Origin: a virus
Taxonomy: Duplodnaviria > Caudoviricetes
Strand: one strand, 5' to 3'
Virus record (IMG/VR): IMGVR_UViG_3300027766_000001
DNA length: 64,000 bases
The position numbers were made by a program, and so were the translations under genes. Numbering within the stretch: position 1 is the stretch's first letter; each line of letters starts with the position of its first letter. The notes under the pieces are model-generated. The model was not told the DNA's origin. It searched no databases and saw nothing but the letters and a program-made list of their open reading frames with translations. Of the stretch, positions 7,864 to 16,767 are shown one piece after another.

Positions 7864-9489
7864 TCAGATGTCGGCTGTGTTGATAGAATTGTTCAGCATA
7901 TTCGCCAAGAGGGTAAAAAAAGCCCTTTCCATGTTTACAGGGGTGTAATCAGGGAACTGGTCATTGACCGCAGGTTGCTTTTGTTTACACGCCTGACAGG
8001 TATAGCGCGGCAGTGCAATCACACCGATGGTGACTTCGTTGATGTACGCGTTCACTTCCTTATAGAAGGATTCTTTGAACGACTCATCTTTGCTCAGTTC
8101 AGCCAGTTGGGTATAGATGTCTTCGCTGCCATCGATATAACCATCAACGTCGCCGTTGGCATCGAGGTAGTCAATGCGTGATACCCAGTGCGAATAGTTA
8201 CGCAGTGCCGAGATCGCCGCCTGCTTGTTGATGTATGCCACACGCTCATCACGGGACATGGTGTCCTTGAAGCTCAGGGTCACCGCATCTTCGATGTTGT
8301 CGATCCAGGCATCACCCGCTTTCATCTTCTCTTCGATCGACGGTGTGGCGAACACAACGCGGATACTCGGAGTGATGTTACGGATGTTGTTGTTCATCGC
8401 CGAGAAGTGCTCCTGGTACGCCAGAACCGACTCCGTGGTATGACCGCTACGACGACGAATGTGTGCACGCTGAGCGTCAGTCAGACGGGCGTTGTCGATG
8501 ATGCTCATGCGGTTGATGTTGACTTTATGAACGGCCACATCACCACACTTCACCGGATCAACCTGGCAAGGCTGCGCCAGTGTGTAACCTGAACGGAAAC
8601 GCGCCGCCATGTAACCAGCGATCAGCAGCGGGATATCCTGCACCTTGATCAGGTTCACCAACTCTTTCTTGTTGGCGTGACCGAGCGAGGTTTGGAAGAT
8701 CATGCCTGACAGCAGTTCCCACAGGTGACGCAGAATAATCACGTCAGAGTTAGAGAACACCAGACCCGCTGTACGACGACCCAATACCGATTTGGTATTG
8801 ATCACACGCGTATGGAAGTTCACCATCTCGTCTTCACCTGCAACCAGCAGCGTTACCCAGATACCGGTGTGCGGCGCAGGCAGTGTGATGAAGTCGCCGA
8901 TGCCCATTTCCTGGCGCGCACGCATCATCGCGTTCTTGCCGGTCAGACGTTCGCCTTTCTTGTGCTTGTCGTCTTTGATGTTCGGACGATGTGCACCGAT
9001 GACTTTGTCGCCAACCAGAATACCCTGCAGCCACTGGGAGTCTTTACGCATCACCGTTGGGGTCAGGCCGTTACGATACGCCATGTGGTTAATGGCGCTC
9101 TGTGTCGCCGCCAACCAGGTCATCGCCGCTTCCGCACCGCGCAGACGAATCATTTCACGAAACATTTCAGTTTCAGCCGAATCCGCCGCACCTTTATCGA
9201 TCTCAGAGATCAGGTCACCGATGGTGATCTGGTCGCCGTGCGCCACATGCAGGATGTCTTTCAGATCTGCATACGGGGTCAGGATCTTTTCCAGGATTGG
9301 TGACTCATACAGCGGGTCCAGTTCCGGGTCAGCTTCCGGCAGAAGATCTTCTTCCGGGTTTTCCGTGTTCAGTTCCGGTTCAACGATTTCGTTATCAACC
9401 GGCAGCGTTTGCTGCTGCGCTTTCTGTTCCAGCACAGCGTTAACGTCGAGTACCGGCTCGTCGTGTTCGTTTGGGATTTCACCTGACAT
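7864..9489 (-). CDS. conserved protein (phiKZ gp77-like by synteny); candidate tail/baseplate assembly chaperone
   Basis: 541 aa, acidic N-terminus, CxxxxxxC and C-terminal CQAC motifs like T4 gp26/gp51-type hub assembly proteins; slippery T7 near the 3' end. Confidence 0.6.
   Translation of the reverse strand: MSGEIPNEHDEPVLDVNAVLEQKAQQQTLPVDNEIVEPELNTENPEEDLLPEADPELDPLYESPILEKILTPYADLKDILHVAHGDQITIGDLISEIDKGAADSAETEMFREMIRLRGAEAAMTWLAATQSAINHMAYRNGLTPTVMRKDSQWLQGILVGDKVIGAHRPNIKDDKHKKGERLTGKNAMMRARQEMGIGDFITLPAPHTGIWVTLLVAGEDEMVNFHTRVINTKSVLGRRTAGLVFSNSDVIILRHLWELLSGMIFQTSLGHANKKELVNLIKVQDIPLLIAGYMAARFRSGYTLAQPCQVDPVKCGDVAVHKVNINRMSIIDNARLTDAQRAHIRRRSGHTTESVLAYQEHFSAMNNNIRNITPSIRVVFATPSIEEKMKAGDAWIDNIEDAVTLSFKDTMSRDERVAYINKQAAISALRNYSHWVSRIDYLDANGDVDGYIDGSEDIYTQLAELSKDESFKESFYKEVNAYINEVTIGVIALPRYTCQACKQKQPAVNDQFPDYTPVNMERAFFTLLANMLNNSINTADI
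7915..7921 (-). promoter_or_regulatory. candidate -1 ribosomal frameshift site T TTT TTT
   Basis: Minus strand reads AGG GCT TTT TTT ACC; a -1 slip enters the open frame of 7430..7771. Confidence 0.6.
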
Positions 9490-9938
9490 TACTGACCTTC
9501 CTTCTGTTGGTTCTGCGCAGCAACCGCTGCAGCGTGTGCGCGCTCGTTAGAATTAAACAGCGGCAAAAAGTAATCGTTGTATACGTTCATCAGTTCACTT
9601 TGAACAAGGACATATTCTTCATTGATCGCTAAGAACTGCTGGACGTCACCTGAACCCAGTGCATACCCCGCACGACCTGCGTGCTTCATGTGCAACTGTG
9701 CCAGCATCGGCTCGACTTTGTTAATGGTGGTCAGGACCGTTTCGATCCAGAGGTTTAAACCAGCAACGTTGTCGTGGAAGCGAATGATGTTAGGGTTCAC
9801 CGCCATCATACAAGCGTTACGGTACTGCGTGATCAGGTCAATCGTATAGACCCGGACGGTGTTATCCAGATATTCCCAGGTAGAATCGACTGGGGGTTTC
9901 ATGGCATCGGCCAGTGAGACAAGCGGTGTAGTAGACAT
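9489..9938 (-). CDS. conserved hypothetical protein
   Basis: ATG 9938 (MSTTPLVSL) with AAGGG SD preferred over TTG 9962; TAATG overlap with the downstream gene. Confidence 0.75.
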   Translation of the reverse strand: MSTTPLVSLADAMKPPVDSTWEYLDNTVRVYTIDLITQYRNACMMAVNPNIIRFHDNVAGLNLWIETVLTTINKVEPMLAQLHMKHAGRAGYALGSGDVQQFLAINEEYVLVQSELMNVYNDYFLPLFNSNERAHAAAVAAQNQQKEGQ

Positions 9939-9978
9939 AAGTTTGACGCCCTTAGAGAACAAAAAAGAATAAACCCTT

Positions 9979-9999
9979 CATATATTGTTGCGGTATATG
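9979..9999. promoter_or_regulatory. divergent putative late promoters (TATATG on both strands)
   Basis: CATATA-TTGTTGCGG-TATATG inverted repeat between divergent operons; TATG is the phiKZ late-promoter core. Confidence 0.4.
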
Positions 10000-10033
10000 T
10001 AATAGAATACCTAATAATGGAGCGAATGATCCC

Positions 10034-10873
10034 ATGAGTGATTTCAGTGAGTTAAACGAATATTTGATGCCAGTCATGGTAGACGTTCGTCGTGATCGCA
10101 TTGTTGAGACCTGCCAGCGTTTGGCCGCAGCCGGTTTAACGCAAGTTCAACCAGATGTCGACCGTCTGCTGAATATGTCCAATGACGGTGAAGCACCTGA
10201 TGTCATCGATGATCTGCATAAAATCATCTTCGATCACCTGTACACCACCACATTGAACCTCGGCTTTATCTGGTCTGAGGATGTCGACTGGACAACTGAC
10301 TTTAACCTGTTGAGTGATGTGCTCAAAGCATTGATCCTGCTTGACGACGTGGAAGACTACGGTGAACTTAATCACATCTTCAACGACGATCTCCTTAGCA
10401 CCGAAGAGAAAGTGATGGAAGTGCTGCAAGTCACGTTGGCAAAAGACATGTCAATCTTGCTGGAACGTGTTGACACTATCACCGAAGAAACGGTTGTCGG
10501 ATTAATGACCTCGGTAAACAACATCTTCCCGGATGAAGACGAACAGCCTGCACAAGACATCGGTTATGTGACTGAACGTCTGGCCAAGTACCAGCCTAAG
10601 ATGTACCAGGGTGTGGCGTATGCGTACATTGCCCTGGGTGGTGGCGTCGGGGTTGATTATGGCAGCTTACTGCAGCTGTTCAACAACGAGCTTGCCCGAG
10701 CAGCGGAAGAAGACCTGACCGTACTGACACAGGAGTTGATTGGCTTTGCGCTGGCCAGCACCATCATCGATGACATGCTGCAAGACGAAGTGTGTAAGCA
10801 GCTTGATATTTACGTGGACGACAAACTGCGCCTGCAGGACCTGGGTGCCATTGTAACAGGATTCTTCGCATGA
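10034..10873 (+). CDS. conserved acidic protein (phiKZ gp79-like by synteny)
   Basis: 279 aa, ATGA-coupled to the vRNAP subunit. Confidence 0.65.
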   Translation: MSDFSELNEYLMPVMVDVRRDRIVETCQRLAAAGLTQVQPDVDRLLNMSNDGEAPDVIDDLHKIIFDHLYTTTLNLGFIWSEDVDWTTDFNLLSDVLKALILLDDVEDYGELNHIFNDDLLSTEEKVMEVLQVTLAKDMSILLERVDTITEETVVGLMTSVNNIFPDEDEQPAQDIGYVTERLAKYQPKMYQGVAYAYIALGGGVGVDYGSLLQLFNNELARAAEEDLTVLTQELIGFALASTIIDDMLQDEVCKQLDIYVDDKLRLQDLGAIVTGFFA

Positions 10874-12180
10874 ATCAGAAACAGTATCTAATGGCGGTGA
10901 TCCGAAATCGGGCTTACCGTGAACGCACCTGGGTGTTCAGCGTGTTGTCGATTGCCCAGCACGAATTCAACTGGAACCTGCCTGATCAACCGCAGGGGTT
11001 ATCTCCTTATCAGGTGATTCGCACCGAGGACATGAGCCAGGTTGGCTTCTGGGATCCTGAGGCAGGGCAGATCACCATGTTCGAAGGACTCGATCCGAAC
11101 TTCCCAGTGTTCCGTCCCGATGACGTAATCCAACTGAGCCCAAGCGACTGGGGGATTATTGAAGAACCGATCGAAACCAAATTCGGTCGGGTGCTGGTTA
11201 ACCTGTACTACTTCTACGACGTACTGGGTGACCGTGCACCGTTCTTTAATCAGGAGTTCAACCGTGGGATGTTGGAAGACTTCTTTGATAAGCGCTTCCG
11301 TAATCCAGACCATCCTCGTTTTAGCGATCCGGACACCATTACGTACGACGAGTTTAAGGCGTGCATCAACAATGGCTTTGCCATGGCACCGTTCTCTCGT
11401 GTATGTGTAGCGACTGCGTGCCCGGAAACGATGTACCCGCCGAAGTGGTTGATCGAGATGCGTGACAAGCTCTTTGAAGAGCACAAAGACTCGCTGAGTG
11501 ATCCACTGGTGATGGGGCGTATCCAAGACACCCTGCTGAAGGCGTATAAAGAATTCTTGGCGACTACACCGTCAAAGAACTCCTTCATCAAGGCGAAGAC
11601 CGTCAACGATGCGTTTAACAAGATGTTCCTCAGCGGTGGTATCTCCACTAACTTCGGGGTGTCAACGGTGGTGACCCGTTCGCTCTATGAAGGCTGGGAT
11701 CTGAAACAGCTGCCGGCGTTAGCGAACTCCGCTATCGAAGCCTCCTTTGGTCGTGGCGCGTCCACAGCCGATGGCGGTGAGAAAGTGAAGATGCTGATTC
11801 GTGCCACGCAGAACATCATGATCACGCAGGACGATTGTGGTGCGACACTTGGCATGCCATGGTTGGTAGATCAGCACGTGGTGAAATCGCAAGTCAATGC
11901 CTACGGGTTTATCAATGGTCAAACAACCCTGTTAACCAAAGAGAACCTGAGTGCGATGACGGGCAAGGTCATCATGGTGCGCTCGCCGCAGTTCTGTAAA
12001 AAGTCACACGGCGACACGTGTCGCTATTGTGCAGGTGCGCATAACGCCACCAACGCACGCGGTACGTCTTCAGGGGCATCCGCGGTCGGCTCCAAGATCA
12101 TGCTGCTCTCGATGAAGGCGATGCATAAAGGTTCAAAAATCGACCTGGTCGAACTGGACCTGGACGAGATTTTCTTTTAA
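10870..12180 (+). CDS. virion RNA polymerase beta-prime C-terminal subunit (phiKZ gp80-like)
   Basis: TADGGEKVKMLIRATQNIMITQDDCG = RpoC bridge helix; RSPQFC...CRYCAG = Zn site; GSKIMLLSMKAMHKG = trigger-loop region. Confidence 0.9.
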   Translation: MNQKQYLMAVIRNRAYRERTWVFSVLSIAQHEFNWNLPDQPQGLSPYQVIRTEDMSQVGFWDPEAGQITMFEGLDPNFPVFRPDDVIQLSPSDWGIIEEPIETKFGRVLVNLYYFYDVLGDRAPFFNQEFNRGMLEDFFDKRFRNPDHPRFSDPDTITYDEFKACINNGFAMAPFSRVCVATACPETMYPPKWLIEMRDKLFEEHKDSLSDPLVMGRIQDTLLKAYKEFLATTPSKNSFIKAKTVNDAFNKMFLSGGISTNFGVSTVVTRSLYEGWDLKQLPALANSAIEASFGRGASTADGGEKVKMLIRATQNIMITQDDCGATLGMPWLVDQHVVKSQVNAYGFINGQTTLLTKENLSAMTGKVIMVRSPQFCKKSHGDTCRYCAGAHNATNARGTSSGASAVGSKIMLLSMKAMHKGSKIDLVELDLDEIFF

Positions 12181-12248
12181 TAAATCATCGTACTTGAATG
12201 TGTCGATACAGAACCTACCAACGTAAGTAATCTTAATCCTACATTACT

Positions 12249-12296
12249 AGAGTAGTCCTCCACTTCGGAGGCTACTCCGGTAGTGTCTTTATGCCG
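12249..12296 (+). terminator. hairpin with TTTATGCCG tail
   Basis: GAGTAG(T)CCTCC-ACTTC-GGAGGCTACTC then GTGTCTTTATGCCG. Confidence 0.6.
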
Positions 12297-12377
12297 ATCT
12301 GTGTATTCTTTTACACAAACCGATAAATACCAATAACGGCCCTGATGCCGTATTGACCTGTGAATAAAGGAGATGAC

Positions 12378-13325
12378 ATGTACCATTTATTGATTTTGAC
12401 CGTAGCTGGAACTGCCACGCAATACATGAAAGCATTCCCTGCGGATTCAATTGAAGCCCATCAAGATCGACTGATCAAAGAAGCGCAAGCCAACATCTTC
12501 CCCAACGCACCATTTCAGAGAGCATACAACGACAGCCAGTCTCAGCAGATCGATGCCCAGGTTATCTCGGGTGAAGCCGCCACAACCGGTGTGGTAAGTG
12601 GTTACGCTATCGTTGATAAATTGCTGTCGAATGCCGGTCAGGATATTCGCGTACTGACAAACATCGGCGACTGGGCGGGTATGCCTGGTCTGATCACCCA
12701 CGGCACAGAACCCGCGGTTGCAGTGACCGATGTCTACAAATACATCATCATGCAGGACCTGTTTGCTGCCGCCCTTACTGTGCAGTGGTTACCTGCTGAT
12801 GCGGTAGCACTCAATGAGCCGGTGCAGACTCATCTGCTGGCGCGTGACGAACACTACGACCAGGTGTATCGTGACAGTAACAATCTGCGTCACTTCTTCG
12901 GTTACGTCCGTGTGGGTGAAGACGATCCGATCGGTCATGTCCGCGTAGTGGTCAACGGTTTGACCTACCCGAGCATTGATGCCGCCGCACTGGCGTACAA
13001 CCTGCCGGTCGAATGGGTCTATGAGCGTCTGGATGATGCGAAGTGGGAACAGTGGATCTACGCCAGCAACGTTACTCCTAATCCGGTCATGACCACGGAC
13101 AACGGTGCTGAAGCCGTAGTGCCGAATCATGCCGAGCAAATCACGGGTGGCGGTAACCCCAACGCACGTCGTGTGAGCATCCGCGGTATTGTCTACGGCT
13201 CGATCGTCGATGCGGTGCGCAGTAATGCCGACTGGGACTTAACCGCCTCTGCCATTCACAACGCTTTACGCTCAGGCAACAATGCAGAGATCTTCTACTG
13301 CGACGCCGAAGGCAACAAGCTGTAA
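12378..13325 (+). CDS. degenerate GIY-YIG domain protein with two I-TevI/NUMOD1-like HTH domains
   Basis: AAAGGAG SD favours ATG 12378; FPNAPFQRAYN and LTNIGDW match GIY-YIG helix/Asn motifs; VVNGLTYPSIDAAALAYNLPVEWVYERLDDAKWEQWIY matches the I-TevI C-terminal HTH. Confidence 0.65.
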   Translation: MYHLLILTVAGTATQYMKAFPADSIEAHQDRLIKEAQANIFPNAPFQRAYNDSQSQQIDAQVISGEAATTGVVSGYAIVDKLLSNAGQDIRVLTNIGDWAGMPGLITHGTEPAVAVTDVYKYIIMQDLFAAALTVQWLPADAVALNEPVQTHLLARDEHYDQVYRDSNNLRHFFGYVRVGEDDPIGHVRVVVNGLTYPSIDAAALAYNLPVEWVYERLDDAKWEQWIYASNVTPNPVMTTDNGAEAVVPNHAEQITGGGNPNARRVSIRGIVYGSIVDAVRSNADWDLTASAIHNALRSGNNAEIFYCDAEGNKL

Positions 13326-13332
13326 TTCACCG

Positions 13333-13360
13333 GGCAGGGGAAACCCTGCCTTTTATGCCG
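13333..13360 (+). terminator. intrinsic terminator with TTTTATGCCG tail
   Basis: GGCAGGG-GAAA-CCCTGCC TTTTATGCCG. Confidence 0.8.
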
Positions 13361-13380
13361 ACTAAAAAGAGAACCTAAAC

Positions 13381-14247
13381 ATGTCTGAACAAATCAACAC
13401 CAAAAAGATCGCCTTCCTCAACGCCTTCCTTCAGATTGAAGAAAACATCGACAGCATCAGTGAACTCGGTTACCTGCTCCGTGACGACACCAAAATTATC
13501 GACATGTGGTTCGATAAAGCGATCAGTATTTGGAAAGAACTTGATCCGCTGTTGAAACCCGGTGAGTCACATACCTGGCACGTTGTTAGCGAACCACAAA
13601 CAAGGGCCGGTGACACAGTGACCTATGAAAGCATGGGGATTAAAGACTCACGCTACTGGGACAGTAGCCACGCTAATCGACTCCGCCCCAGTGCGTTCCA
13701 CTCACTTCGCCGCGCGGTGTTACATGCTGAGTATCAATGCGACAGCATGGTTTCACGACTGGAAGAGTTTCGCAGACACATTCACACGTTTCTTGCCAAA
13801 ACACCTTTTCAAAGAGATGTGCCGGAAATTGAACCCAACGACCCTATCCTGGCTAAAGACAAGTTAACCATCTTGATGCACCTAACCGGACTCGAAGGGG
13901 TCTTATTGCGTCACAGGGATACAGGTGATCGCTCGGCCGTTATCCGTGGTCAAGTACTTCAGCATCACAGTGCTATGATTACGACGTATGCTAAACTCAG
14001 TCCCAACCTAACCTACGTCTGTGAGGAAGAGCGTGAGGTTTACATCCTCGAGCTGATGTCAGGATCAGAAGGCAGAATGCATGATGGACGCTTCCTGGAT
14101 ATTAATCAGGATCAGGGAATGATGGTGAGTAAATTCGCCTTTGGCACGGTGCGTCAGGTAGTTGAAGATGTTACCGATCTGCGCGTTAATGTTGTCTACT
14201 ACCTTGACTCAATCGTCAAGGCGGTGGAGAAAGAAATCTGGGGTTAG
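13381..14247 (+). CDS. hypothetical protein (288 aa)
   Basis: Long ORF, no recognised motif. Confidence 0.8.
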   Translation: MSEQINTKKIAFLNAFLQIEENIDSISELGYLLRDDTKIIDMWFDKAISIWKELDPLLKPGESHTWHVVSEPQTRAGDTVTYESMGIKDSRYWDSSHANRLRPSAFHSLRRAVLHAEYQCDSMVSRLEEFRRHIHTFLAKTPFQRDVPEIEPNDPILAKDKLTILMHLTGLEGVLLRHRDTGDRSAVIRGQVLQHHSAMITTYAKLSPNLTYVCEEEREVYILELMSGSEGRMHDGRFLDINQDQGMMVSKFAFGTVRQVVEDVTDLRVNVVYYLDSIVKAVEKEIWG

Positions 14248-14310
14248 TTAAGTTCGACATAACCGACCTATTAAATGAAAAGGCGGATATAACGAAGTAA
14301 AGGAGAAAAC

Positions 14311-15117
14311 ATGTATGCGTTAGTAAGGCTGACAGTATCAGGGACTGACACGGCCCATCTCTCAGTTATCAATGAAGATGGCAAAGGAGACTTCGCTGGC
14401 AAGATGGCTGGCAATCGCGCACAGAAAGGCGATATCCCGAACGAACAGTTCCGGAACGCGTTACGTGCATCTTCTACTAACCACATCGACGTACAAACGT
14501 TGTTGGGTGAAAACGATCAACCTTGGCCTGAGCTCATTCAAGCCCAAGCCGTTGGTTACACCCTCATCAACACACAGTACACCTGTCCAAAAGACCGAGA
14601 CCTGCGTAACCTCACCAATGCCGGTGACTGGTTACATAAACCCGGTTATCTTGGCTTTGAAGACGGGAGCAAGATCCATACACCCAGCATGATCCTGACC
14701 ATCGACAGCATGAATCTGTGGACCGACTCGGTAACGGTCAATCCGCTGGAGCGTTCGCGTTGGCCTGATGATGCGACAGTGGTCGAAGTCGATACTAGTA
14801 AACCGATTCCGCTGCGTGATGAACGCGAAGATGATTTCGCCTGCATCATGATCAAGCACGATGAAGACCCGGGGTTCGTTGCCTTTGTAACGTCTCGCTT
14901 GAAAGTGTTCCAGGAAAACCCGGAGAAGTTCTACTCCGTGTTACGGCAGAAGCTTCCACGCTTTAACCGTATGTATGAACGCTATCAGGGCATCGGGTTG
15001 TATTACCAGATTATCGTCCAGGGCTCTGAAGGGAAGTGTCGCAGTAAAACCAAAGAGATGCTGGACAAGTATTATCACGACAGCCGTTGTTTAAACTTTG
15101 ATCATGGGGATTGGTGA
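14311..15117 (+). CDS. degenerate GIY-YIG domain protein (paralog of 12378 and 18547)
   Basis: KGDIPNEQFRNAL and LTNAGDW motifs; different C-terminal half. Confidence 0.6.
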   Translation: MYALVRLTVSGTDTAHLSVINEDGKGDFAGKMAGNRAQKGDIPNEQFRNALRASSTNHIDVQTLLGENDQPWPELIQAQAVGYTLINTQYTCPKDRDLRNLTNAGDWLHKPGYLGFEDGSKIHTPSMILTIDSMNLWTDSVTVNPLERSRWPDDATVVEVDTSKPIPLRDEREDDFACIMIKHDEDPGFVAFVTSRLKVFQENPEKFYSVLRQKLPRFNRMYERYQGIGLYYQIIVQGSEGKCRSKTKEMLDKYYHDSRCLNFDHGDW

Positions 15118-15725
15118 TGGATCGTATTAACAAAGCAGCGCTGGTTGCTAAAACCGCACACAATGCAGTCGGTCAGGTCCGTAAGTTTACTGGTGAACCT
15201 TACTGGACTCATCCGCAGAAAGTAGCCTGGAAAGTTAGTCAGTCAACCAAGGATGAAGATGTTATTTGCGCAGGCTGGTTACATGACGTGGTGGAAGATA
15301 CCCAGGTTAGCAGTAACTTCATCGATCAACAGTTTGGTCCGCAGGTGCGTCGTCTGGTGGAAGAGCTGACTGAGCAAAAGCCACATGACACGTCCAGCAA
15401 AAATGCCATTCACGATATCGCGCGTCTGGCCACAGTGTCGTTGGATGGTAAGCTGTTAAAGCTTGCCGATATCTGGGCCAACATCGATGACATCGGCGGT
15501 GAGAGCGGTGAAGGGTTTGTGCGTGCCTGGCTGCCAACCAAGATTGCAACCGTGTTGGCATTCAAGCGCAAAACGTCTGAGTTCAACCACCTGGTCGATG
15601 AGATCCTTGCATTGGCCAGTGACAAGGTTGCCACTCACTATCCTGAGCTGACCTTTGGCGGGATCTACACAGAAGGTGTTAACCGCCTGAACAAAGCAGC
15701 CAAAGAATACCCGGGGAGCTTCTAA
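15117..15725 (+). CDS. HD-domain small alarmone hydrolase-like (RelA/SpoT HD, Mesh1-like)
   Basis: AH...RKFTGEPYWTHP, AGWLHDVVEDT, LVEELT, KLADIWAN motifs; TGATG overlap with the upstream gene. Confidence 0.85.
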   Translation: MDRINKAALVAKTAHNAVGQVRKFTGEPYWTHPQKVAWKVSQSTKDEDVICAGWLHDVVEDTQVSSNFIDQQFGPQVRRLVEELTEQKPHDTSSKNAIHDIARLATVSLDGKLLKLADIWANIDDIGGESGEGFVRAWLPTKIATVLAFKRKTSEFNHLVDEILALASDKVATHYPELTFGGIYTEGVNRLNKAAKEYPGSF

Positions 15726-16045
15726 TGCATCAGTCAACCCATGTCATCATGCCCTTGACGTTTGATCAGGATCACCTGGCTTTCTCTAAAGTGATTCAGG
15801 GTATCAACCGTAAAGGGATTCGTCCGACCGTCACCTTGACGGGTTTCGTGGTGTACGACGGTAAGAATGTGGCCGGTCAGGATAACACCCGTCGCATCGA
15901 TCTGTCGCATATCCCGGACCCGACGTTTGGGATGCTGGATGAACAGGAAGTACTGAAGGCGATCAACGCCACGTATGGCAGTACGTTCCCGGATACCTGT
16001 ACCGTTTCGAAAGCGTTGGAGGTAACGTACGGTGAGCCTGCTTAG
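15725..16045 (+). CDS. small hypothetical protein, paralog family (15725/16032/16768)
   Basis: TLTGFVVYDGK...IDLSHIP motif shared with neighbours. Confidence 0.7.
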   Translation: MHQSTHVIMPLTFDQDHLAFSKVIQGINRKGIRPTVTLTGFVVYDGKNVAGQDNTRRIDLSHIPDPTFGMLDEQEVLKAINATYGSTFPDTCTVSKALEVTYGEPA

Positions 16046-16397
16046 CGGATACCATAAACCTCGGCGTCTGTGGCGTAATGACTACATGCTGGTTGGTAAT
16101 CCGTTATACAGTGATCGCTTCTTCCAAGCCTGTCAGCGTATCAAGCACAAACGGTACGTGTGTCAGCAGGTGTTCTTGTGTGCGTGGAAGCTTAAGCGCA
16201 ATGGCGTTGTGGTTGATGAACAAGCAGAATGTGCGGTGGATGTCACGGAACTGATGCTTAAGATCACAGCGCCATTAACCCAACAGCAATACGTCGACCT
16301 CGTCAATCGGTGTTTCAACACAGACATTGTGTTGGATGCTGAATCTGACATGACTTTCACTTTTGAATTGCGCTATCGGTACAGGAGTCATCAATGA
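16032..16397 (+). CDS. small hypothetical protein, same paralog family
   Basis: FLCAWKLKRNG...VDVTELM. Confidence 0.7.
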   Translation: MSLLSGYHKPRRLWRNDYMLVGNPLYSDRFFQACQRIKHKRYVCQQVFLCAWKLKRNGVVVDEQAECAVDVTELMLKITAPLTQQQYVDLVNRCFNTDIVLDAESDMTFTFELRYRYRSHQ

Positions 16398-16738
16398 GTC
16401 ATGAGATCATTATTGCAAAGTACAAGAAGCGCGACGCAGCTCCGTTTATCTCCCGCCCTTATCGTGATGCCATGGTCTACGATGAAGTGATTGAAGACAA
16501 AGCCACCATTTTGAAACGGGTAAACGATAACAAGGTTGTCCGGGACATCTTGGTAAAGTGTGTAGGTAATCCAGACGGTGGCAATTATCGGATCATCACC
16601 GGGAATGAGTTAGACGATATCACGCAGTTGCTGGCCAATGCGCGTGACACCGACTACTCTGCTGAGGTTGCGCTGTTTGTTGAGATTAACAAACAAATCA
16701 ATTTCGAAACTGAACGCCTGGTGTTTCGTCTGGCCTGA
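16394..16738 (+). CDS. hypothetical protein
   Basis: AGGAG SD, ATGA overlap. Confidence 0.75.
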   Translation: MSHEIIIAKYKKRDAAPFISRPYRDAMVYDEVIEDKATILKRVNDNKVVRDILVKCVGNPDGGNYRIITGNELDDITQLLANARDTDYSAEVALFVEINKQINFETERLVFRLA

Positions 16739-16767
16739 TCATATGACCTTACTGATCAGGAGCTGTT

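Noticed and set aside
7699-9550. Plus-strand ORFs of 134-252 aa opposite the 541-aa gene
   Set aside because: Antisense shadow ORFs caused by biased codon usage of the real minus-strand gene.
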